From Camelus ferus (taxonomy: Eukaryota): 64,000 bases of DNA. Shown one piece after another: positions 52,260-64,000 of this stretch. How positions within the stretch are numbered: the stretch's first letter is position 1; every line of letters starts with the position of its first letter. Made by a program: the position numbers and the translations under genes. The DNA lies in contig NC_045696.1 in the NCBI RefSeq assembly GCF_009834535.1, positions 94,490,001 through 94,554,000 on the forward strand, written 5' to 3'. The notes under the pieces were generated by a model. It was not told the DNA's origin. It made no database searches and saw nothing but the letters and a program-made list of their open reading frames with translations.

Positions 52260-52590
52260 TTAATTTAAAAACATATTTCCATGTCAATAATTATAAATCT
52301 TTATCACTTGTATATGCTGCAAAGTATTCTATAGTGTGAATGGAACATACTTATCATTCCTCTATTTCTGGTCTGATAGGCTCTTTCTAGATTTTCATTA
52401 TTGTCAACACAATGACAAGTTATATAACTCTGAACATCTATCTTCCTATTCCTTTGAAAACCTGGTGAGTCAAAGATCTTGAATATTTTTAAGCTTTTGG
52501 ATATACATTCCAAATTGTCCTCCATGGAAGTCTGTAACAATTTATACCATCAACAGCAGCATATGGAGGTCCTATTTTCTTACTTGGCGT
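52260..52590 (-). mobile_element. Old L1 (L1ME-like) fragment
   Basis: agtattctatagtgtgaatg...tccaaattgtcctccatggaag...caatttataccatcaacagcagcatatgg. Confidence 0.75.
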
Positions 52591-54204
52591 ATTTCTGTGA
52601 CATAAATTAATGTGTAAATACATGATTATCCAGGATTTTTATCTAAAATGAGAGTGAAGCTTCACCATTCTTCCAACCTCCCATCCAAGCTGACATCCAG
52701 GAAATATAAATTGCCTGGGTTTGCTCAAATATGAATGGATTGTCTTTAATATGTGCCACTCAAATTACTTCCTTAGATGTAGGCAGTTCGCAGAGTCTAT
52801 TTGAATCTTCTTGTCAATACCCAGACAGTACTCAGAAGAGCACAGTTCTGAACTTACCCTTGCAAGATGTCTTAGAAGTGTCTGTTCTCAGCTGCAGCAT
52901 CCCTTCCTCCTTTGATCTGCAGGATTCCTAAACCTGTTTTGGCATAAAATGTGTCATGTGGTATGGATAGCTGAACATTGTCATGGGAATTCTGAAAATT
53001 AAAATTAAAGGGGCACAAAGCATAGAATAGTTTGCAAATATGTATTTCATCTAGAAGCTGGGCTTTGACACAAGTGTAACCTCAGCTGATGTTCTGGTAA
53101 TTAAGCCTGTATTTTCTTATTTTCACCCCTTACCTCAAATTTTCTACAGATCTCCTTACTAGTAAACAAGAGTATCTCTGAGCATGTTTATTTTGGTAAA
53201 GTTTTCTTAAAAAAAAAAAAAAAAAGTCTTCTTTTCAACTGTAGGATTTCCCCAGTGTGTGGATTTTCTGGTGGATTTCTGCCATCTGGGTGATAGTTGA
53301 GACCTTTCCACAATACTGGGAAAACAAAGTAGAAACTGAAAATAAACTCTGCCGAAAGGTCAGGACCCAATAATAAAGAAATGAGAGTAAGCAGTCAAGG
53401 TAAAAAACAAATACAAAATAGAATACCCCATAATCGTACGTTAGTTCTTGCATTTTCTTTCTTAGCCAAATAAGAAATTACTGAACGAAAACGGCATAGA
53501 ACAAGGGCAATCTTATGATGTTTTATAAATTAAGAAGTGAAATTTTAACAGCACCGAACGCTCTGGCCACAGATAAGGAACAATAAGGAACTGAAGTTGC
53601 CCTTGTCTTTTTTTAGTCCCTTAACCATGTGAGGGACCATGGGCGAAGCAAGGTGGAGAAAGACAAACCCTAATCCACAGAGTCTGGAATCTGCCTCTTA
53701 GAAATTCAAGATGATTTACAGCTAATTTTACCTGTCTTAAAACCTCTCCACAGAGGAATCACACAGATCTCTAGGCAATTTCATGCTCACTACAGAGATG
53801 AGAAAGCTAAAACACTTAAAAAAAAAAAAAATACAATCAATCAGGGAGAGAATTGGTCACAAAACCCTGCTTTTCTTTTCTCCTCCAAGGGTCTCTGATA
53901 ATTTGGAATCTGGAGTTTTTCTTTACTGAGAAAAATAAGAAAAGAGAACCTGTAGGAATATTTGCACCTACCTAAGTCTCCAGTTTAAATGAAATCATTA
54001 TCTCAGAGGGTGTTATTCAATATTTTTCTTAGTTGGAAATATTTTTTCTATTTTTTTCTTTCTTTTGTTTGTGTAAATCCTTGGGTTTTTTTCCCCCCCC
54101 GACCCCAAATCTTTAAGGAATTAAAGAACTTACTTGAAGTGCACAAACGAATTGAGATTTCCTAGAAAATAGAATTTTAAAAAATATTTATTGAAGTCGT
54201 GATT

Positions 54205-54450
54205 CATAGTCTCCAGAGCCTGACATAACTGCCCCCCGCCTGGCCCTTTGAACTCATCTCCCCCTACTCTTTCCCTTTTCTGCTCCAGATAGGTCTCCAA
54301 GCCTTCAATTCTCCACACTCCTTCCTGCTTCAGGCTTTTAGCCATCCTGTTCTGTCTGCTCAGAGGACTGTGTCCCCAGTTCACATGGCTGTCTCTTTCT
54401 TGTCATTTAGATTTGAGCTCAAATGTTCCATTTTTAGAAAGTTTACTTTG
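54205..54450 (+). mobile_element. L2 fragment
   Basis: ctccttcctgcttcaggc...cacatggctgtctctttcttgtcatttagatttgagctcaaatgt. Confidence 0.75.
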
Positions 54451-56344
54451 TCATTCTCTGGTCAAATGATAATTTTCAAAAAAAAAGTTAAAATCAGGAC
54501 TCTCAAACTAATGCTGAATTAGTATTAAAATGTTTAACTCATTAATAAGAAAATAATTAAGATGATAAGGCTTGCTTTTTCCAAGGGGAATTTGTGGAAT
54601 AAATGTGCGTATATCATCCAAAAAGGTATAATGAAGTGAATTTGCTATGTTAGACACAAAACTGGTTATATCCTATAGGACAATGAAACCATGAAATTTA
54701 GGGTTACATTCTCTGCCAGATAGAACCCCATGGGTATTTCAATTGGACAATTGTCTTCATGTTAATATGTAACTTTGCAGAGTCTGGACCCTAATCACTA
54801 GTAAATACCAAGTCAAACAAAGTTATATTCTTTCTTACCCTGTACCCTGAGCCCTCAAAACAATGCCTGACATATAGTAAGTGCTCAAAAGAGATTTGGG
54901 GGGATGGGGGTGATAGGGTGAACAACAATGTTTTAGTGAAAGCAGCTAATGCATGGAAATTAGAAAGCAGAGGAAACTGAGTGGTTGCAAAGCGAAACCA
55001 TGAACAAAGAAGACAGAAAAATAGAAGGTAATAAATAATGGTGCTGAATAATATACATACTCTGTGTTTCAGAAGGACTGTCAGGATGGTAACATCCACA
55101 AAAAAGTGTAACTTCCAACTACTGAAAGTTTGACAAATACACTGGAAATATTTATGGCTAAATTTGATGCTAAGAAAGCGCTATAAAGATAGAACCCTTC
55201 TTAAACAGCATTTAGGAAGAAGTATAAAGTATGTTTTAATGTTCCTGTTACAGAATTTTACTATGGTGTGTTATGTTTATTCTAAGAGAAAATTATAGGT
55301 GAAAATATGAATGGACACTTGAAATTTACTTAAAGGAGAAAACCATTTTATTAAGTACCTACTGTGTTTACAGACTATCTCTCACTGTAATTTATGACAT
55401 CTGGCCTCTGCTCTTCATGAAAACCCCTTTCTCCTAGTTTGATGAGTGGTAGATAGATCTGTTATTTACATATTTGAAAGGCATGGCATTAGCCTATGGT
55501 GGAACAAAAGAGGAGTTAGCACTTCTTTTCTGTTTTTTTTTTTAATTTTTATTTTTGCCTGAGTCTTATTAACTCACTAGTGTATTGAAGATGCGATAGC
55601 AATCCCCCAAAACATTGAGAATTGACTCACTCGCTCTCCCAGTGAAGTGATGACATTTTCCCCAGTAGTGTTTCCCTCTCTATTGTTTTCTCTGCACTTG
55701 GCTCTTATCATCCCAAAAGTTAACTCACGGATGTCTGAAAACAGACCAGGGGAAAAGAGGGGGGATTTTGTAAGACGTATAATTCTTTAAGGAATTTTTC
55801 AGCCTTTACCCCCAAACAGAATTAAACAAAGAGAGGAGGAAATATTAGATTGATAAGCCTGTTTTAAGTTGAGGGGTAAGTAAGAAGTAAACACATTTTA
55901 TCCAATTCAAAATTCTTAACAATGAAACACTGTGTGTGTATGTGTAGAAATAAACGAGAAGCTTGATGGTGTTATTACTTCAATTCCTGCTTAGTTTTAT
56001 AAACTTAAAAACTGAGTTAAACATTATTTAACTCCTCTGAAACTTTGGTTGGCTTTGGGTTTGTAGGAAGAAGACTCAAACGATAAGGAACAGCTGCAGT
56101 GGAAGAATTTGCGTTCCTTTCCATGCAATTATGATAAATATTTTTTTTTCTAATTAGGGGAGCAGTTAGTCAATGTTAAGCTCTTCCACTGAACTTTCAT
56201 TTCCAATAAAAAGAAAACATAAAACAAATAATTACTAGAGGGCTTGGGAATTTTTATGGTGCTTAATCATTGACATGACATTTCTGTGAAAAATGGTTAG
56301 TTTATTTTTGAGGAACTGAAAAGCTTTTTATAGAATCTCAAAAT

Positions 56345-56520
56345 CTTCCACAAATAAAAAAAAAGAAAAAGCAAGTGGCAGACAAATTGTACCAGTATGA
56401 CTTTTATGTAAAGTTTGAAGACATGCAAAACTAAACAGTATTTTTAAGGGATACTTGCATAAGTAGTGAAATTATTGAGAAAAACAAAGAAACGTCATCA
56501 CAAAATTCAGGATAACTATC
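56345..56520 (+). mobile_element. L1ME-like 3' UTR fragment
   Basis: cagtatgacttttatgtaaagttt...acatgcaaaactaaacagtat...caaaattcaggata. Confidence 0.65.
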
Positions 56521-56699
56521 TCAATTAGCTTTTAAAAATGCCTTATATTCCTGTTTCCATTGTTTTGCTTCTATTATTATGGTACACTAATAACCCTAAA
56601 ATTCCTTATGTAGAAATAGTTAAAAATGTCAAATAGAATGTTTTTTAATTGATGGACTAATAGCTTAAAAAGTTGAGCCTGTGCTCTGCATCCAGGAAC

Positions 56700-58500
56700 A
56701 AAATAGAAGCAGAAAACCCCAGAGGTATGAAAGACTGAGTGTGCAGCCCAACCCGAGGACATCAGTGGGGTTCACACAGGTAGCCTGGAGCATGAGACAC
56801 CTGAGCAGAGCAAGATAAAACGTTGGAACCCATCCCACGTAAAGCTGAGACTTTAGTAATATTACGTGTATAAAGCAAAATGATCTATTCAAAAACAATT
56901 CTAACCATGGTAGACTAAAAAGAAAACTGTCTAATCTCTGTGTTTCAGTTAACAGAAAAAAGTCTACACGATTTAGCAAGGACAAACCAGCCCACATGCC
57001 TAGAATCACATGTCCATGTGGTCTGAAAACATTCCAAGAAGTATCTTATTAAATAGTAGTGGATGACACAGTAGCGTCAGCACCCTAGCAAAAATAAATG
57101 CTTATTCAGTCTCAATCCAGTCCCCACAGAATAACAGCAATCAAGGATTTATAATTACCAACACACACACACAATAGAACAACAGTAGGAATCAAGAGCC
57201 ACAACACAGCAAAACCAAAGACTTCAAATACTGAAATCATTAGATACTGAATATAAAATAAATATATGTTTACTATGTTTAAAGATATAAAAGAAATTAA
57301 AAAAAAGAGACGTTAGGAGAAAGAGACTATCAAAAATGTCCAAATACATTTGAAAAAGTGGAACTCTTATAAATAGATAACAATTAAAATAGATGGATTC
57401 AATGGCAGATTAAGCCAACCTAAAAAGAGAACTAATGACATGGAAAACAGACCTGATGGCATAATGTAATATGTACTGTGGGGGAAAGAAAGACAAGAAA
57501 AAGCAGAGCAGGGAAGGGAGGCGCAGGAGTACAGGTGGAGGAAGGGAAGCCGGGTGCTATTTTGAGAGCAACCAGAGTAGGTGTCGCTGAGAAAAAGGTG
57601 AGGAGCGAGCCAGATGGATAATGGTGTTCCAGGCAGAAGGAACAGCCGTTAGTTGAAAGATGAACCAAATCAGAGCAGTCACAGTACACAGAAATGAATG
57701 AATGCTGGGGATAAAACAAAGATCCTATGAGCTTCCAGAGAAAGAAAAAATATGGTCCCAAAGTTTATTTTCAGACTTTCAAGTCTCAAAAATTTACCTC
57801 CCTTGCTCCCTTCCCTTGAAAACCTTTGGGAAATATAGTCTACCAAAATAAGGAAATAAACCAAGAAAGAGGAAGTCCTGGCATAGAACAGTGCTGATCC
57901 AACAGAGGAGCATGATGCGGGGAATCCCAAGGATGGCGCAGAAGAAAGGTTCCCCCGTGGGGGCTGTGCACTAGGCACAAAGAACACCCAGTGTGGTTGG
58001 GGGTAGGTTTGACAACTCTGACAGGGACTTCTGAGAGAATACCAGACATGCCTGGCTCCTAAGAAGAGATCTAGGAAACTGAGAAAAGGTCTACAGCTAG
58101 ACTTTTAAGTACATGGGGAAAAACAGCAAATGAAAAGCCAGAAGGCACACAGCAGTCCTAGGGAAACAACAAACTGTATAGAAAAGAGTGTCAGTCGTGG
58201 CTCCCCACCTGCCTCGGTTGTAAATGAGGCTCTCTGAGGATGCAAATCCTGCTAATATGATGTGGAGTAATCCTTGGGGACTGAGGGAGGACAGCATGGA
58301 GACTGGATGTGCAGTCAAGAGATAATGCCTGAGACTGAAAAATCAGAAAGTAGTAACAAAGGGATGTTATTTAGAAAAGAAGTTATCATTACCAAATTAC
58401 CAAAATCAATCACCTGACAGAGGTAGACATGCACGCAGAGGGTGAAGGTTGTAGAGACAATGGAGAAGAGGAAGGCGTACTGCCACTTTTCTTAACGAAA
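56700..58500 (+). mobile_element. HAL1/ancient L1 5'-ORF1 remnant with an L2-like piece at about 57470-57680
   Basis: ataaaacaaagatcctatgagcttccagagaaagaaaaaa (ORF1 KIL.ASREKK) and aaatttacctccc...aaccaagaaagaggaag...gatccaacagaggag...gggaatcccaaggatg, as recalled for HAL1. Confidence 0.7.
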
Positions 58501-58544
58501 CTCTGAGTCTGTTAGTGCTTTTATTAACAAAATATGAGATCCCT

Positions 58545-58830
58545 ATATATAAAAGCAAATTTTCTAGTAGCCACATTTCAGAAAAAGTCAAAAGAAACAA
58601 GTAGAATTGTCATATTATGTTTTATTTAACCAAATCTATCCAAAATACTTCAAGCAGTAATCATTACCAAAAAATTTATTTAAAAGGTATTTAACTTCCT
58701 TTTTTTTTTTTTTTTTCATACTAAGTCTGAAATCCAGGGTGTATTTTATCCTTGTAGCACATCTAAATTAGGACTGGCCGCATTTCAAGTGCTCAAGAGC
58801 CACTCAAGGCTAGAACTACCTTATGCAACA
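58545..58830 (+). mobile_element. MER33-like hAT MITE
   Basis: aaattttctagtagccacattt...catttcaagtgctcaagagccac. Confidence 0.85.
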
Positions 58831-59074
58831 TTCTAACTCTGAACTGTACGCATGCATAATTTTGATAAGTTTTTTAAAATTTGTAAAGCACTGATATGGA
58901 CAGTTTGTCCAGTCATTTTGTGAATGCAGAATGCAATAATGCCATCAAAACAAGGGGCCAGATCATTGAAAAGACCAGGAAAAATTGAATTTTTGTGAGC
59001 AAACCTCATGAAAAAGTGAAATTGTGGATTTTTCATTCCCCATCAGAGCAGGCGATCTCATCACTCCTATGAAC

Positions 59075-59255
59075 TACTCTTTATATATTACATTTCACAT
59101 ATGTTTACAATCCATTCCCTTTCCCTTAGAGGTGAAGAAACCAATTCAGATAAGTGATTTGCCCAAATTTAATCAGTTAATAAGCAGCAAAGCTGGATTC
59201 AAATTCAGACAGTCTGACACTGCCAACCACAATCTTCACCACCGTGCACTGCATC
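59075..59255 (-). mobile_element. MIR
   Basis: agaggtgaagaaacc...taagtgatttgcccaa...gctggattcaaattcagacagtctgac. Confidence 0.8.
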
Positions 59256-59443
59256 ACCATCTCAACATGTGGGTGATTTTCATTAAAGATGATACATGTC
59301 TAAGTAAGTGTATTACTCACTGTGATCTGAATGTAACGTTTACTCGCATAGCAGTGAAAAGACCATCAAGGTAATTCTACTTCTTGGTGAAGAAATTCAG
59401 AGGAAATATCCCTACTTTGACCATTTGGAGTAATTTGTGACTT

Positions 59444-59551
59444 TTTGTTTTGTTTTGGGAAGAAAGTAATTTAAGATTGATTGACTGATTGATTGAAATG
59501 GATGTACTGGGGATTGAACCCTCCCCCTACTTTTTTCTGTTTTGTATTTTT
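59444..59551 (-). mobile_element. Internally deleted vic-1-like SINE
   Basis: gtactggggattgaaccctccccc; perfect 14-bp TSD gtaatttgtgactt (59430-59443 / 59552-59565). Confidence 0.85.
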
Positions 59552-59720
59552 GTAATTTGTGACTTCGAGTGAAGTAATTTGGTTTCAAACTATACAGCCA
59601 TCAAAATAAGTTTGAAACAGAAGAATTATATTTCTCAACAAACTGTCAGTGCCTTTCAGGAGTTATGCAGTTAGATGGAGTTTTTACAACTAATGAATCC
59701 AATTTAACAATAGATTCAAC

Positions 59721-60245
59721 TATATTGACTTTCTGTGACTGTGTAATAAATAGCCCAGAAATGCATATGGCTTAAAACTACAAACACTTGTTATCTCACA
59801 GTTGTTCTGTGTGAGTCAGAATCAAGATGCAGCTTAACTGGGTGCAGTCAAGGTTTTGGCCAGGACTGTGGGCATCTCAAGGCTGCACAGAGGAGGCTAT
59901 GCTTGCAAGCCTACTTGTGGCTGTTGAGGGTCTAAGGGCCTCTCTGACTGTTGGCCAGAGGCATCAGCTCCTTGCTGCATGGGCCCCATCTTTCAGCTAC
60001 TTGTGACATGTTAACTTGCCTCCCCCAGAATGAGGGCTCTGAGGGGTAGGGCCAGACAAGCAAGCCAGGAGTCACGGCCTTTCTGTAAGCTAATCTCAGA
60101 AGTGACATCCCATCACTTCTGCTGTATTCTGTTCACTAAACGCAGGTCACTAGATCCAGCCCACAGTCAAAGAGAGGAGATCACAAAGGGCATGTATACC
60201 AGGAGGCAGAGATCAGTAGGGCCAGTCTAGAGACTGCCAACCACA
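59721..60245 (-). mobile_element. MLT1F-like MaLR solo LTR
   Basis: ggcttaaaactacaaacac...ctaatctcagaagtgacatcccatcacttctgctgtattct...ctgccaaccaca. Confidence 0.85.
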
Positions 60246-60294
60246 ATGATAAGTACTTAATTCAACACTCATGAAAAGATGCAACTCCTTTCCA

Positions 60295-60402
60295 ACATTC
60301 ATTCATCCATGAGTAATCACTGGGCGCCTACTTTGTGCCAGGCTCTAGAAATCTGGGGAGCCAAACATATTCTCATGGCCTTCCCAAAACCTACAGTCTA
60401 AT
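60295..60402 (-). mobile_element. L2 3' end
   Basis: cattcattcatcc...ctgggcgcctactttgtgccaggc. Confidence 0.7.
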
Positions 60403-63400
60403 AACTTCAAAATTAAACACCTAAATGATTTTGATCAAAATGAATAAAATGTTTTAAACATCAAGAAAACCGTTCAAGAGCTTCTAACTGCCCTGTCTTA
60501 ACTGCTGTGCTTATAAAGCAAACACCAGTGACCTTTTAGTAAAGCTGAAGAGTCACCTGGTCTTCCTAGGTCATAACTCTCTTATCCCCTCGCTTGTTTA
60601 CAGACTTCCCAGCTCAGTGAGAGCCTGAGTGCTCTACTTTAATTTCTGTACTGACAATACAGCGTAAGTCCTGCAAATCAGACGTTTAACCTCGCACAGT
60701 GGTGGAAAGAAAAGCTGCTCAAGAATTTAGCCCCTTGACTGTCCCTCTAAACCATAAACTAACAGAAAATCTGTGAGGTCAGCAAAGCTCAATTCAGATC
60801 TCATGACCACTTTTTGTCCTCTAACCAAAAACTTAAGAAGTTTTTGACAAGCGCTGAAACAGGATGATTCAGTGATTGCAAAATAGATAAACACATGGTC
60901 AGCAATTGAAGGAGGCTGCAAATTTTATTTCTAGAGCTCTTGAAGTTCCTTCTGCTATCTTTATCAGGCTCTCCCCTCAGTGAATACTTCATATGGTGCC
61001 AAGTGTCCATATTCTTACACTCTTGATGTTTCTCAAGAGAGCTCACTAGTAAGTTTTATTGTCGTATTAGAAATCGTAACATCTTCAGATTTTTAAAGTC
61101 ACCAGTTTGAGTAGATACACACACAGTAGCTTCTTATACGCACGCACACACACACAGCCCCCACTCCTTGTCACCCAGTAGAGGTCGCATCAGGCCAAGG
61201 AAGTTCCAACGTATGTCTTCAATGTCTCACTTCTGTCTTATTCATTAACAAAAGCAAAACTAATAACTAATATTCGTGTACGATCTACTCATTCATTAAC
61301 TGCACTCGTAGGCTGGCTACAGATACAAGAGTTTGGTCACAGTCCGTGAGGCATTCCATGAGAATCAATTGGCCATATGGAATCTACGGTAACGAATAGC
61401 ATATGTTTTACTGTTATTAGTGAAAAGTGGCTTCCCGCCTTTGGATGGCACACCCACACATTTCGAAGCTGATTGTTTAACACTTACCAGCACACTGCTG
61501 AGTTGTGCTGGCCTGAGTAATGCTCACCCAGGTCAAAACTTCCCTAGCAGATACTGTTGATACACCTGCTCAAAAGAACCCCTGCTCTGTGTATCCAAAT
61601 CAGCACAGGTAAGTCCAAAACAAGGAGAGGATGGTCAAAGCTCATATTTTAAGCCCAGCATCAACTTTTCTGTTTGGCTGCATGCCTTTTAGGACTAGCT
61701 GCTTAAAAATCAAATTCTTTTACAACGTCCGTGAATAGGCGTTCTCACACAGTAGTTCATGACAGTTCTACACATCTATGAAAATAAGCCTCGGGAAAAT
61801 GGATTGGGTTTTAAAATAATCACAAATAATGATTCCACCTTTTTAAAAATGAACTTTTAAAAAACTGACTTAGATTTAAACTTCAGGAAAAATGGTCAAC
61901 ATATACAGACTTTCACACACAAAAGAAACATGGTTCTGGGGGAGTCAGGGGAGAGGAAGGCGGTTTGGGTTTGGGATTTGGCAGCACAAATTTGAAGAAA
62001 GGAAGTTGTTGAAGGTGAGAGATGCATTCTGTCTCAGTGAAACAGTTTGATGTCAAATTTGGGGAGGTAGATAAAACAATGGATCTACTAAATTATCTTT
62101 CATTATCTTGGTTGACTGAAATGCAGACCAGTTTCTAGGAATTTTCTTTTTGTCTGTTTCAAATGCCGTATTCTATTGAACACACATGAAAAATGCCTGG
62201 GAAAACAGCAGAGACATGCACAATCCATAATAACAATAAAATAGAGCTACCTTATTGTGTTTAATTCGAAGCCCTCCTTTCGCATATTATTTGGTCCAGG
62301 ATTTATTTGAAACCAGCCAGGGACTTGCTGAATTCCTCTCATGAATAAATTCCCAAGGCTCGGCATGAGCTGCAGGGCCCAGTCAGCTTTGTTCACAGCT
62401 GAGCCTCCCAGTTCCCTCTGCCTTTAGCTACTGTTTAACACCAGCTGTTTGTTCTTTCTGGTCCTCCTCCTTCTCTGCCTCCTCCAGGTCTCATTTTAAA
62501 AACCTACCCCATAGATACCCTTTTCAATCCCTGAGTTGCCTTGGCAACTCTCAAAGATAGGATAGCTCACAGCTTCCCAGTCTAATTCCATCACATCCCT
62601 CAATTGGTTTTGTGAAGTTAAGCCTTTTATGAGCAGTCAGATATTCCTTAGAGCTGGAATCAGGGGTTGGCTCACTCTGAATTGTGTTTAGAGATCCTCA
62701 CGGGGTGATTTCCTGTGTACCTCCTCCACGCGCTCTCCTTGCAAGGTGCCTTTCCCTCACACCAGGAAGCAGAACCAGATTGTTATACAACCCATTTCCA
62801 TCCTTCCCTCCATTCTTTTTCACCTTTACCTGGAAGGTTTACATTTTTCAAGTCTTTTGGCTGCCCTGCCCTTTGGCATCTTCTAAAGGTTGGCAGGGTT
62901 CCTTGGTTGGCAGTAATTATCAGGGTTGACAAGTTTTCAACTACAGGTCCTCAAATGAGAATCAAAATGTTCATGTCTGAAGCCAACTATTTCACTGTAT
63001 AGGGTGTTTGCAGAGAACACAGAGATAGATCATTCTTTACATTTTGAGAGGAGAAAATCACCTCTGGCCCACCTTTTCACCCAAGAAGTGCTACCACACA
63101 ACAGACGGTGCCGCCTGCCAACAAGGTCAGTCTAAATTACTTCATCTAGACTGGCTGAGGAAGGCTGCCCAGATGCAATTACCTGGCTCTTCTGATTTGT
63201 AGAAAGTTAGGCTAGCTTTGAAAAAATTAGGTGGGGACAAATTTTTGTCTTGATAATTTGACAGCCCTCTTTTGAAAATCTAGTTCTGATTTTTAAAGCA
63301 TTTAACATAATAAGGCATAGAAACAACTAAGAAGATTGTTTATTGCACAAAATATGTGAATTCACTAAGCATTTAACATCACACTGAAGACGGTTGTATA

Positions 63401-63765
63401 TAAAGAAACACCATCTTGAGCTGGCTTACTCTCTCATAAGACCAAATTGAATTAGATTTTTATCCTGTAATTTAGGCTGAATTAAACCAATAGTTGTCTA
63501 TTATACATTTACAATGAATGCAGAAGCAAGGCAATGAACATGGAATTGTTGTAAAGGAACAAATCACACCTACAATGTGACAGATGGAAACATTTTCTTG
63601 AGTATTAATTCAATTTGGAGTGGCCATTTTGGGGCTGTCACTGTTGTGATACAGCAGACACTGCCTCTACGAGTCTAATGGGAGTTGTGAATTTCACACT
63701 GAACATCTACCTTCTTTTTAACTTCTTTTTTTCAAAATACATGTACACTACATATTTTTTTCTCT

Positions 63766-63905
63766 CTTTTTTTTTTTTTTTTTTTTTTTTGTGGGGGAGG
63801 TAATTAAGCTTATTTATTTACTTTTTATTGGAGGTACTGGGGATTGAACCCAGGACCTAGTGCATGCTAAGCATGCGCTCTGCCACCGAGCTATACCCTC
63901 TACCC
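63766..63905 (-). mobile_element. tRNA-derived SINE (camelid vic-1-like), full length
   Basis: Reverse complement reads gagggtatagctcggtggcagagcgcatgcttagcatgcactaggtcctgggttcaatccccagtacctcc, followed by an AT-rich region and a long poly-A. Confidence 0.93.
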
Positions 63906-64000
63906 TGCATGCTTTTGACAACGTGCTAAGCAGGCTGATCTAAGCAACATTTACTGCCTGCAGTGAATTTAGAGAAAAGAGACAGACCTCACGTCTTCAG

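Noticed and set aside
1..64000. CRISPR arrays, operons, rRNA, snRNA or a CpG island
   Set aside because: This is eukaryotic repeat-rich DNA; I saw no spaced direct-repeat array, no recognisable structural RNA and no extended CpG-rich region.

Overview
Mammalian genomic DNA, AT-rich and CpG-depleted, most likely from a camelid. The evidence is tRNA-Ala-like SINEs of the camelid vic-1 type and cetartiodactyl-type L1 3' ends; I saw no Alu, Bov-A2/BovB or PRE-1. The window is mostly intronic or intergenic and dominated by interspersed repeats. These include young and old L1, HAL1, L2, MIR, CR1/L3, ERV1 and ERVL/MaLR solo LTRs, a degenerate ERVL (LTR16-type) provirus carrying a nested ERV1-type LTR, and hAT and Tigger MITEs. 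I recognise no known protein-coding gene; the only ORFs with recognisable homology are L1 ORF2 and ORF1 remnants. The best non-repeat signal is a chain of phase-compatible candidate exons on the minus strand at 127-5736, running off the left edge and encoding a peptide I cannot identify. Several retrotransposon copies have unusual, clearly visible architectures: a twin-primed L1 with a second micro-inversion, an L1 collapsed at two microsatellites, and a SINE with a microhomology deletion. Repeat family names come from recalled consensus sequences, boundaries are approximate, and all need RepeatMasker/Dfam confirmation. I do not see a confidently supportable novel biological system.
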